Below are positions 1-8,782 of a stretch of 64,000 bases of DNA, one piece after another; the stretch's first letter is position 1, and each line of letters begins with the position of its first letter. The position numbers and the translations under genes are program-made. This DNA is from Chitinophagales bacterium (lineage in GTDB: Bacteria; Bacteroidota; Bacteroidia; Chitinophagales; Chitinophagaceae): NCBI GenBank assembly GCA_020636495.1, contig JACJXQ010000009.1, positions 53,823 to 117,822 on the forward strand. Reading direction: 5' to 3'. Under the pieces are notes generated by a model. It worked only from the letters and a program-made list of their open reading frames with translations, was not told where the DNA came from and did no database searches.

Positions 1-525
1 AATCAAGCCATTATGGACCTGGGCGCTACCATTTGTAAACCTTCGGGGCCCTTGTGCGGTGAATGCCCGCTGCAAAAGAAATGTTTTGCCCGGCAACACG
101 ATATCATTAAAGACCTGCCGGTAAAAAGTAAAAAACTGAAGATACAGACGCGGTATTTTCATTATATCCTGTTTACCCACAACCATAAATTGTGGATACA
201 TAAACGTACAGGCAAAGACATATGGCAAAACCTGTATGAACCTTACCTGGTAGAACACACAGGCCCGCTTGATGCTGAAAAGCTCGCCAATAATGACACA
301 CTGAACAGCCTGAAGCTGAAAAAGGGAGCGCTTTCTGATGCCGGGTCATCCTCTCAAAGACTCACGCACCGTATTATTGATTGTCGTTTTTACACCTGCC
401 CGCTTACTGCCGTACAGGCGACAAAACAGAAGGGCGGTTTATGGGTAAGTTTCACAGAGCTGGACAAATACGCCTTTCCGAAGTCGGTAGTATCATTTCT
501 TGAAAAAAAATCATACTTTTATTAA
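1..525 (+). CDS. mutY: A/G-specific adenine glycosylase MutY, C-terminal part (5' end lies upstream of the window)
   Basis: Frame 1 is open from base 1 (NQAIMDLGATICKP...). It has the CX6CX2CX5C Fe-S loop (CKPSGPLCGECPLQKKC) followed by a NUDIX-like C-terminal domain. Confidence 0.85.
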   Translation, partial: NQAIMDLGATICKPSGPLCGECPLQKKCFARQHDIIKDLPVKSKKLKIQTRYFHYILFTHNHKLWIHKRTGKDIWQNLYEPYLVEHTGPLDAEKLANNDTLNSLKLKKGALSDAGSSSQRLTHRIIDCRFYTCPLTAVQATKQKGGLWVSFTELDKYAFPKSVVSFLEKKSYFY

Positions 526-570
526 TATGGGTAATAAATTCAGTTAATTGGCATATAAATATGAGTTTCA

Positions 571-1002
571 ATGAGAGGCGTTAATAAAGTTACATTGATA
601 GGAAATTTGGGGAAAGATCCGGATCTGCAATACCTGGAAGGCAATATAGCAGTAGCTAAATTCCCGCTGGCTACTACGGAAACCTATAAAGACAAAACAG
701 GTAACCTGGTATCCCAGACAGAATGGCACACAGTAGTACTATGGAGAGGATTAGCTGAATTGGCACAAAAATACCTGCATAAGGGCAGTTTGGTATACAT
801 AGAAGGCCGCCTGCGCACCCGCAGTTGGGAAGATAAGGATAAAAACCGCCGTTTCAGTACTGAAATAGTGGGTGATAACCTGGTAATGCTGGATAAACGT
901 AAGGACGGCAATGGCGACGAGGTTAGCAGTAATGACAGCTTTCCAGACCAGGACATCAGCTACAATTCAGGCGAAGGCGACAAAGACAATCTGCCATTCT
1001 GA
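571..1002 (+). CDS. ssb: single-stranded DNA-binding protein
   Basis: OB-fold N-terminus (VNKVTLIGNLGKDPDL...TEWHTVVLWRGLAE...VYIEGRLRTRSWEDKD), an acidic tail and a C-terminal DNLPF tip. Confidence 0.95.
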   Translation: MRGVNKVTLIGNLGKDPDLQYLEGNIAVAKFPLATTETYKDKTGNLVSQTEWHTVVLWRGLAELAQKYLHKGSLVYIEGRLRTRSWEDKDKNRRFSTEIVGDNLVMLDKRKDGNGDEVSSNDSFPDQDISYNSGEGDKDNLPF

Positions 1003-1025
1003 TAAATAAATAATGGTAAAGAAAG

Positions 1026-1059
1026 GGGAAAGACTTGCTGAAATTCTCTCCCTTTTTTT
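1026..1059 (+). terminator. putative rho-independent terminator after ssb
   Basis: Imperfect stem GGGAAAGA/TCTCTCCC (one mismatch) followed by a T7 run. Confidence 0.5.
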
Positions 1060-1091
1060 ATTTTTGAAAAAGAACCAAATCGTATAACTAC

Positions 1092-2450
1092 TTGGACAGC
1101 GCAGCAGAGGGTGATCCGAACCTTTCAATACTATTAATGATGGCTAATAATGAGGCGTTCCCTGCCTCAGCAGTTACCATACTCATCATCATCATACTGG
1201 TACAGTTGTTGCTGACCGCAATTACTTCAGGCTCTGAAACAGCCTATTTTTCACTTACCTCCAAGGACATCAACTACCTGAAGACCAAGGAAACCGGCGC
1301 TGCCAGGCAAACCATACGCCTGCTGGACCAACCCAAAATGCTACTGGCTACCATACTGATAGGTAACAACTTCATCAACATATCGATAGTTATCACCATG
1401 AAACTGCTGATGGACAAGCTGTTTCCCGGTATGAGCGAAGCCATGCTTTTCATTGTGAATGCTGTTGTGGTAACATTCTTACTCGTATTATTCGGTGAAG
1501 TGCTACCAAAAGTATATGCTACACAGAACAATATGCGCGCGGCACTTTTTGCCGCCCCTATACTGCAAACACTCAACAGGCTGTTTCGCCCCGTAAGCCG
1601 TTTGCTGGTGTCGTCTACCAATTACATTGAGAAACGCATCGGCTCAAAAACAGCCAGTGCTATCAGCGGCAAAGATTTCGAGCATGCGATAGAACTGACA
1701 GTGGGGCACACGGCAACCAAGCAGGAGGTAAATATCTTCAAAGGAATACTGAAATTCAGCAATATATCCGTTACGCAGATCATGCGTACTCGTATGGATG
1801 TGGGTTGCATACCTTATGACATCAGTTTTGCAGAGGTGCAGAAGATAGCCATAGAGCTTGGTTATTCTCGTATGCCTGTGTATAAAGAAAGTCTCGATAA
1901 GATAGTAGGTATCATACATACTAAAGACTTTCTGCCACATATGGACGAAACCACGTTTGACTGGCATACGCTTATCAGGCAGGCCTATTTTGTACATGAA
2001 GGCAAAATGATCGAAGACCTGCTGAAAGAATTCCAGACGAAACGCATTCACTTTGCCATAGTGGTTGACGAGTTTGGCGGTACTTCAGGCATCGTTACGC
2101 TGGAAGATATCATGGAGGAGATAATTGGTGAGATAAAAGATGAGTTTGACGATGATGAACACCAGTACAAAAAAATAGATGATAACAACTTCATATTTGA
2201 GGGTAAAACCCTTATTAATGATGCTTGTCGCATCATGGGCCTGTCGTCAGATACTTTTGATGAAGTAAGGGACGAAAGTGACTCTATAGCAGGATTAGTG
2301 CTGGAACTGGCAGGGAAATTCCCTGCTGTGAATGAGATGGTCAGCTACCAGAATTATGACCTGACAGTACTGAACCTGGACAAAATGCGCATACAACGCG
2401 TAAAAATAACCATCAACCGCCCACAGGAAGAAACTGAGGCGGAAGAATAG
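1092..2450 (+). CDS. gldE: DUF21-CBS-CorC/HlyC membrane protein, GldE-like
   Basis: N-terminal multi-TM DUF21 region, two CBS modules and a CorC_HlyC C-terminal domain. From memory, the mutY-ssb-gldE order matches the Flavobacterium gldE neighbourhood. The ORF starts at TTG; an alternative ATG is at 1137. Confidence 0.75.
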   Translation: MDSAAEGDPNLSILLMMANNEAFPASAVTILIIIILVQLLLTAITSGSETAYFSLTSKDINYLKTKETGAARQTIRLLDQPKMLLATILIGNNFINISIVITMKLLMDKLFPGMSEAMLFIVNAVVVTFLLVLFGEVLPKVYATQNNMRAALFAAPILQTLNRLFRPVSRLLVSSTNYIEKRIGSKTASAISGKDFEHAIELTVGHTATKQEVNIFKGILKFSNISVTQIMRTRMDVGCIPYDISFAEVQKIAIELGYSRMPVYKESLDKIVGIIHTKDFLPHMDETTFDWHTLIRQAYFVHEGKMIEDLLKEFQTKRIHFAIVVDEFGGTSGIVTLEDIMEEIIGEIKDEFDDDEHQYKKIDDNNFIFEGKTLINDACRIMGLSSDTFDEVRDESDSIAGLVLELAGKFPAVNEMVSYQNYDLTVLNLDKMRIQRVKITINRPQEETEAEE

Positions 2451-2479
2451 CTATCCTTCTTCGAACTACCCGAATATTA

Positions 2480-2686
2480 TTACTCTTTTACCTTACAGGT
2501 ATTAATACCGAAAAGCGTATACAAGGGACAAAAGTTAAGCAGGCTTGTCAGTAAAAAAACAGCTGCTACAACCATTAATACAATACCCAGTGTTCCTGTA
2601 ATAATATCAGCAAAGTATAAACCTGCAATAATAAGAGCTACAAATATTCTCAGCCTTTTATCCGCTGTACCCATGTTTCTTTTCAT
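2480..2686 (-). CDS. DUF2892 (YgaP-like) small inner-membrane protein
   Basis: 68 aa with two TM helices and the characteristic motif NFCPLYTLFGINTC. Confidence 0.8.
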   Translation of the reverse strand: MKRNMGTADKRLRIFVALIIAGLYFADIITGTLGIVLMVVAAVFLLTSLLNFCPLYTLFGINTCKVKE

Positions 2687-2794
2687 AATCCTGTTATTTT
2701 ATAAAGGTTCAAAACAATTATCAAATGTAGCTACATCACTTGCTACATAATATGATATATGTCATACAGAGGGGTAATTTATATCACCATAACA

Positions 2795-2825
2795 AAAGGG
2801 CCAGGAATATGTTTCCCGACCCTTT
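2795..2825 (-). terminator. putative rho-independent terminator for the T9SS adhesin gene
   Basis: AAAGGG...CCCTTT hairpin with an inner GGAA/TTCC pairing. On the minus strand it is followed by TTTTGTTAT. Confidence 0.5.
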
Positions 2826-2848
2826 GAATATTATATTTACAGCCTCTT

Positions 2849-5800
2849 CTACCGGGTCAATGTTACACGACCTGCAGCTATTACTTCACCGCCTTGCTGC
2901 AAACGATAGATATATACCCCCGCCGGTAAAGCATGTGTATCCCATACCGCTTTGCCATTGTTATCCAATCTTACTGATCCTGCTTTTTGTCCTACTATAT
3001 TATTCAATTCCACTGTTATTGCTCCTGCAGTTGTTGGTTCGCTGTATTCAAAAATAACATAATCGCGTGCCGGGTTAGGATAGACTTTCAGCAAAGCTTT
3101 CTTATTATCCATATCCCCGATACCTGTAAGCACTTTTACTGTAATACCATTGCTTATAGCAGTTGTGGGTTGCGGACAACGATAGTTGCTCGTCACCTCT
3201 ACCGTTATCACATCATTATCACTGATCGTATTCGCACTCCATTTATAGCTCGTTGCCCCCTGTACATTCTGGCCATTGCGCTTCCACTGGAACTTAGGTG
3301 CCGGACCACCGTTCGTTACTACCGCGGTGAACGTAACATACTCATCTATCTGTAAGGTCCTGTTCGGGTCGGCAGTAATAGTAACCGATGGCGCCAGCCA
3401 TGGCAATACTTTCATATCCACATCATTGCCCTGGTCTGTGTAAGCGGAGCTACACTTTGTATATTCCGTCATGTCGCACCTTACCACATCGCCATGATTC
3501 AGGGTTGTACTGCTGTAAGCAGGAGTATTCGTACCCACAGGGAACCCGTTCACGAACCATTTGTAGGTGGGTGTGCCTGCATAATTATTCGGCAGTGCTG
3601 TGAAGCTTGCTTTGTCGCCTACACATATCGTATCACCCGGTGTAGGGAAAATAACTACGAATGGTAGCGGGTTGATGGTGACCACTGTACTGCCTTCTGC
3701 TGATGTACAGCCATTAACCGTTGCCGTTACCTTGTAAGTACCCGTATCGCCAAACTGCATATTGGCCCGGGTTGGGTTCTGTGTTGTAGCACTGTAGTTG
3801 TTCTTGCCTGTCCATGTGTAAGTAGCTCCTGATATATTGCCAGCCTGTAACTGTAAGGTCTCGCCTGAACACAGCGGACTGCTGTAGCTTGCCGTTGGTG
3901 CGGCAGGTATCGGGTACACGGTAGCAAGGGTACTGTCTTTGAAGGAACAACCATTCAGGTCTACCGTGGCTACATACCAGCCTGTGGCCGATGCCGTACT
4001 GTTGGCTACATATGTGTTCTGCGTATTGGCGCTGAAACTGTTGGGCCCCGTCCATGTATAGGTGGCGCCTGTACTCGAAGTGCTTATATTGATGTAAAGC
4101 GTATCGCCCGCACACTCAGGGCCACTGTTACTTGCCGTCGTGGCTGTTGGCAGTGGTTTCACCAGCACGGTTGCTGTGTCTTTGCTGATACAGCCATTCA
4201 TCGTGGCTGTTACTATGTAGTTGCCCGACATAGCTGTGGTCGTATTGCTTAGGGATGGGTTCTGTTGGGCTGAAGTGTAGCTGTTGGGGCCTGTCCAGCT
4301 ATAGCTTACATTGCTACTGCTGCTCGACGAGGTCAGGTTCAGTGTTTCACCAGAGCATATGGGTGTATTACTACCTGCTACTGGTTTGTTAGGCAATGGT
4401 TTTACCTGTACGGTAAGGGTATCTTTCAATGCACAGCCGTTCAGCGTAGCGGTAACATAATAATCCCCATTATGAGCCGGGACAGCACCGCTGATAAAAG
4501 GACCCGGATTAGTAGAATTGAAACCATTAGGGCCTGACCATGCATAGGTAACTCCTGTTGAGGTAGAGGATGCAGAGAATAGTATGGTTGCGCCCGTACA
4601 CAAAGGACTGTTCACCGACGTGGTGAAGTTGGCAGGACGGGGTTTTACCAGTACCGTTACCGTATCTCTTGAAACACAATTTCCGTTGTTCGCATACAAA
4701 ACATAATCGCCTGACATGGTTGTTGTTGCCCCGGTAATAACAGGATTCTGTGCATTAGAAGAATAACTGCCTGGCCCGCTCCAGCTATAGGTATTAGAAG
4801 AGCCATTGGCCGTACCGAATAACTTCAATGTATCATCGGCACATACAGGGCTGTTAGTAGTAGCAGTGGTGCCCGTAGGGCCGGAACCTGCATATACTAC
4901 TGCTGTGGTAGTATCTTTTGCCTCGCAGCCGTAAATGTATGCGGTGACGATATAATTGCCACCATTGGCAGGAACAGGATTAGGAATAGATGGGTTTTGC
5001 GCAGCTGAGGTAAAACTGTTGGGGCCTGTCCAACGATAGCTGACACCCGATGTGGTCGTAGATGCGGTCAGTCTTAAAGTATCATTATTACAAACAGGGC
5101 TGTTGTTATTGGCTACGGGCTTTGCAGGCACAGTCGTGCCGATGCCTATATTCACGCCATTATCATAAGTAGTATCCTGGCCATTGCTGGATATCATACG
5201 AATACGATAACCACTACCTGTTGTGGTATTGGTTGGTATGATGCCTGTGATTGTATCAGAATAATAAGACGATTTAGTACCTATATTCACCGGGTTTGCA
5301 AAACTTCCCGATGCATCGGACAACTGGAGCGTAAATACATTGTTGGTCTGGAAGAACAATGGGGAAGTATTAGCATAATAGGGTACGCGAATGGTATCTC
5401 CTGCACATAATGTACTGTCTGTGAAGTTGACACCAAAGCGTTTAGCAATTTTCACAACAACAGAATCAAAATAATAATATATAGTTGCATTACTGGTACT
5501 GCATGAAGTAGTAAGGTTACTACCCTGGCGAAACCCGCCAATAGCGATATTGTCATAGGTTGAATCTGCTGTGAAGTTCTTAGTGAGCCTTACCCAGTTT
5601 TGCGTGTCTGATACAACAATATTGGTCCATTCTACTTGTGGCGTCACCCCGGGTGTCGTAGTCGTACTGTAGGAAGAAGGAGCGGCATCAAAAAAATAAA
5701 CTCCTATGTCATTCGTACCACAAGGGGTCACATTGGACAGGTTAACAGAAAGCGACACCTCGTATGTAAATCCTACCTGCATCGGTGTAATAGCCCTTGT

Positions 5801-6112
5801 AACATATTCTTTGTACGGATTGGTACCTGCGTTGCTGTACCCGCCCATATAACCATTACCACTGGCTGCAAGTTGGTATCCGCGAAAATTATTCGGAACA
5901 CCTACGCCAGACGTGCCGGATGTATAACATGAATTAAAATAATCGGACGTACCTGTAGTGAATTGCGACCAGCCTGTGCAAACATTTGTTTGTGAAAGGT
6001 TAGTCGGGCAACTTGTATAATATTCAAAATCTCCGTTAGGGACAAGGTTCTGCTGTGCAGAGACAGTATTAACCGCTGATGCCATTAAAAGCACAGCCAA
6101 TAATTTCTTCAT
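2849..6112 (-). CDS. large secreted cell-surface protein with tandem Ig-like repeats and a T9SS type-A C-terminal sorting domain
   Basis: Signal peptide (MKKLLAVLLMASAVNTVSAQ). Six ~80-aa repeats of the form Y(S/R/T)W(T/S)GPN.(F/Y).S...NGG.Y.VTA...GC...DT..V.V.P.P. The C-terminus KVYPNPARDYVIFEY...GVYIYRL resembles a Por secretion tail. Confidence 0.85.
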   Translation of the reverse strand: MKKLLAVLLMASAVNTVSAQQNLVPNGDFEYYTSCPTNLSQTNVCTGWSQFTTGTSDYFNSCYTSGTSGVGVPNNFRGYQLAASGNGYMGGYSNAGTNPYKEYVTRAITPMQVGFTYEVSLSVNLSNVTPCGTNDIGVYFFDAAPSSYSTTTTPGVTPQVEWTNIVVSDTQNWVRLTKNFTADSTYDNIAIGGFRQGSNLTTSCSTSNATIYYYFDSVVVKIAKRFGVNFTDSTLCAGDTIRVPYYANTSPLFFQTNNVFTLQLSDASGSFANPVNIGTKSSYYSDTITGIIPTNTTTGSGYRIRMISSNGQDTTYDNGVNIGIGTTVPAKPVANNNSPVCNNDTLRLTASTTTSGVSYRWTGPNSFTSAAQNPSIPNPVPANGGNYIVTAYIYGCEAKDTTTAVVYAGSGPTGTTATTNSPVCADDTLKLFGTANGSSNTYSWSGPGSYSSNAQNPVITGATTTMSGDYVLYANNGNCVSRDTVTVLVKPRPANFTTSVNSPLCTGATILFSASSTSTGVTYAWSGPNGFNSTNPGPFISGAVPAHNGDYYVTATLNGCALKDTLTVQVKPLPNKPVAGSNTPICSGETLNLTSSSSSSNVSYSWTGPNSYTSAQQNPSLSNTTTAMSGNYIVTATMNGCISKDTATVLVKPLPTATTASNSGPECAGDTLYINISTSSTGATYTWTGPNSFSANTQNTYVANSTASATGWYVATVDLNGCSFKDSTLATVYPIPAAPTASYSSPLCSGETLQLQAGNISGATYTWTGKNNYSATTQNPTRANMQFGDTGTYKVTATVNGCTSAEGSTVVTINPLPFVVIFPTPGDTICVGDKASFTALPNNYAGTPTYKWFVNGFPVGTNTPAYSSTTLNHGDVVRCDMTEYTKCSSAYTDQGNDVDMKVLPWLAPSVTITADPNRTLQIDEYVTFTAVVTNGGPAPKFQWKRNGQNVQGATSYKWSANTISDNDVITVEVTSNYRCPQPTTAISNGITVKVLTGIGDMDNKKALLKVYPNPARDYVIFEYSEPTTAGAITVELNNIVGQKAGSVRLDNNGKAVWDTHALPAGVYIYRLQQGGEVIAAGRVTLTR

Positions 6113-6262
6113 AATATTCAGAATCGTTTACCAGTTAAATATATTAAAAAAGCATCAATAGGGATATTAAAATGCAGAAAACAAGGACGGAATACATCAG
6201 CCCTTTTGCCAATATTACAATTCGCCTTTTCTCACTTACCTTTGCAACCTTAAAAAATCAAT

Positions 6263-7252
6263 ATGCGTGTAGCAGTAGTCGGCGCCACAGGGCTTGTGGG
6301 CAGCACCATTCTGAAGATCATGGAGGAAAGGAATTTTCCGGTAACAGAACTGATACCTGTGGCTTCTCAGAAGTCGGTAGGCAATAAGGTGCAATTTGGA
6401 GGTAAAGAATGGACAGTGGTATCGGCCGATACGGCTATTGAAATGAAGCCGGCACTGGCTATATTCTCCGCGGGCGGGGCTACTTCGCTGGAACTGGCAC
6501 CAAAATTCGCTGAGGCTGGTTGCCGGGTAGTAGACAATTCATCGGCATGGCGCATGGACCCTACCAAAAAACTGGTAGTACCTGAAGTGAATGCGCATGA
6601 CCTGACAAAAGATGATATGATCATAGCGAACCCGAACTGCTCTACTATACAAATGGTCATGGCTTTGAAACCGCTGCACGACCAGTACCGCATAAAACGC
6701 GTGGTAGTAAGTACCTACCAATCCGTTTCCGGTAGCGGTCAAAAAGCAGTAAGTGAGATGGAAGCTCAACGCAATGGCAGTACTGAGCACCAGGTCTACC
6801 CGCACATAATAGACAAAAATGTCATCCCGCAGATAGATGTTTTCCAGGACAACGGCTATACCAAAGAAGAGATGAAGATGGTGCTGGAAACCAACAAGAT
6901 AATGGGCGACAACACCATAAAAGTAACTGCTACCACTGTAAGGGTGCCTGTAAGCGGAGGCCACAGCGAAAGCGTGAATATTGAGTTTCATCATGATTTT
7001 GACGAGCATAAGGTAAAACAATTGCTATCGGACTTCCCGGGAGTAATAGTAGTAGACAACCCGGAAATGAACAGCTACCCAATGCCATTGGACGCTGCCG
7101 GCAAAGACGAAGTATTCGTTGGCCGTATCCGCAGGGACTACTCACAGCCAAATACCCTGAACTGCTGGATAGTGGCAGATAATCTGCGTAAGGGAGCCGC
7201 CACCAATGCAGTACAAATAGCCAAAGTATTGCACAACAACGGCTGGATATAA
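6263..7252 (+). CDS. asd: aspartate-semialdehyde dehydrogenase
   Basis: MRVAVVGATGLVG Rossmann N-terminus, an active-site-like IANPNCSTIQ motif, and typical length (329 aa). Confidence 0.95.
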   Translation: MRVAVVGATGLVGSTILKIMEERNFPVTELIPVASQKSVGNKVQFGGKEWTVVSADTAIEMKPALAIFSAGGATSLELAPKFAEAGCRVVDNSSAWRMDPTKKLVVPEVNAHDLTKDDMIIANPNCSTIQMVMALKPLHDQYRIKRVVVSTYQSVSGSGQKAVSEMEAQRNGSTEHQVYPHIIDKNVIPQIDVFQDNGYTKEEMKMVLETNKIMGDNTIKVTATTVRVPVSGGHSESVNIEFHHDFDEHKVKQLLSDFPGVIVVDNPEMNSYPMPLDAAGKDEVFVGRIRRDYSQPNTLNCWIVADNLRKGAATNAVQIAKVLHNNGWI

Positions 7253-7358
7253 GGTTAACACGGCATTAATCTTCTGTCACAGGATTGTAAAGACTTGCTT
7301 TGCAACAAGCCCAAAGCCCTGCGTGTGCGTACCTTTGAAGACTAAAAATCTATACTGG

Positions 7359-8717
7359 ATGAACTTTAAGTCTACACTGAGTATTCTTGCCGTAGCAATC
7401 AGCTTACAGGCAAACGCACAATCCTGGGTCGCTGACTCCGTGGAAATGGGTGCTAACTACAAAGATGATATATTTTATGACCTGTCTAACGGGAATGACT
7501 ATTCTGCTACCGCAGACAACTGGGATATTGCGTTCCAGATGACCGTTTTCGGCGATCCGATGTTTAATGCTACTGTTCGTGCCAATCACATCAAACGCGA
7601 TGTACAGGTTTATTCGCTGCACAAGCAAGCAAGCACAAGCTTTGGCACACTTACAGCCAGCGATACTGTGGTAACACAGAGTAACCAGCTTGTAAATATT
7701 GACACCAGCTGGGGTACCGGTGCTTTTACCAACAACAGGGGTTCTAATCCTTTTGATTACGGATGGGGTGCATATAACTCAACTACCCACTTTTTGGATG
7801 GCGACTCGTTGTACCTGGTTAAGGCCAACGGTGTTTTTTACCAATTGTGGCTGAAACAATATGTTAGCTTCGGCTCTCCTGGCTCTGTAGGGTACAAGTT
7901 CAGGGTGGCTCTTTGGGATGGCACAGGCGATCGCTCAGACAGTGTAATGAGGGTGAGCCCTTATGATGACCGTCTTTTTGCCTATTACGACCTGGCTACC
8001 GGTACTATAATAGACAGGGAACCTGCTCGCAAAAACTGGCACCTGTTGTTCAAACAATACCAGAAGAATGGTCAACCGGGCGGACAGAATCCTAACAAAT
8101 TGCAGGCTTATACCGGCGTACTGGTAAATGACCATGTAAAAGTGGCTAAGATCACAGGTGTATCTCCTAACAATATCAACAGCGGCAACTACACGTCTTC
8201 ACTTTCCGCATTGTCAGTAGAGACCAACACCATTGGTGACGACTGGAAAACATTCAATGGCGGAACGTTCATGTACGAGTTGGATACTAATACCAGCTTC
8301 ATCATAGCTCCTGATACTGCGGGTGGAAAGCAAACATACTACCACTTGCGTTTCACCAGGTTCGATGGTGGTTTTGCGCCTAACACAGGTAAAGTGATAT
8401 TTGAGACAAGGGTACTGGGTATGATAAGTGTAGGTGTAAATGATGTTACAGGAGTAAGTAAAGCTCAATACAGCATTTACCCCAACCCATCTGCAACAGA
8501 AGTGAACATTGTGGTAGATGCAAAAGAAGCAGTTGCTAATACCATGATGGTAGTGACAGATATTACAGGTAAAGTAATGCAGCAGAGCCGCGTGAACATT
8601 ACCAAAGGGTTGAATGCTTACAAACTGGATGTGGCTGCATACCCTGCAGGCACCTATATAGTAACTGTTGCTAACAGCAACTGGAGCGTAAGTGATAAGG
8701 TTTCTGTACAGCACTAA
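7359..8717 (+). CDS. HmuY-like domain protein with a T9SS C-terminal sorting domain
   Basis: Signal peptide starts at the ATG at 7359 (MNFKSTLSILAVAISLQANAQ). It has a NWDIAFQ motif typical of HmuY-like domains. The C-terminus YSIYPNPSATEVNIVV...GTYIVTV is a T9SS tail. It lies directly upstream of a TonB-dependent receptor. Confidence 0.6.
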   Translation: MNFKSTLSILAVAISLQANAQSWVADSVEMGANYKDDIFYDLSNGNDYSATADNWDIAFQMTVFGDPMFNATVRANHIKRDVQVYSLHKQASTSFGTLTASDTVVTQSNQLVNIDTSWGTGAFTNNRGSNPFDYGWGAYNSTTHFLDGDSLYLVKANGVFYQLWLKQYVSFGSPGSVGYKFRVALWDGTGDRSDSVMRVSPYDDRLFAYYDLATGTIIDREPARKNWHLLFKQYQKNGQPGGQNPNKLQAYTGVLVNDHVKVAKITGVSPNNINSGNYTSSLSALSVETNTIGDDWKTFNGGTFMYELDTNTSFIIAPDTAGGKQTYYHLRFTRFDGGFAPNTGKVIFETRVLGMISVGVNDVTGVSKAQYSIYPNPSATEVNIVVDAKEAVANTMMVVTDITGKVMQQSRVNITKGLNAYKLDVAAYPAGTYIVTVANSNWSVSDKVSVQH

Positions 8718-8745
8718 TAGGGTTGTACATGCAGAAATAAATACA

Positions 8746-8782
8746 AACCTTGCTACCTGCTCAACAGGTAGCAAGGTTTTTT
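8746..8782 (+). terminator. rho-independent terminator
   Basis: 14-bp perfect stem AACCTTGCTACCTG/CAGGTAGCAAGGTT, loop CTCAA, then a T run. Confidence 0.8.
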
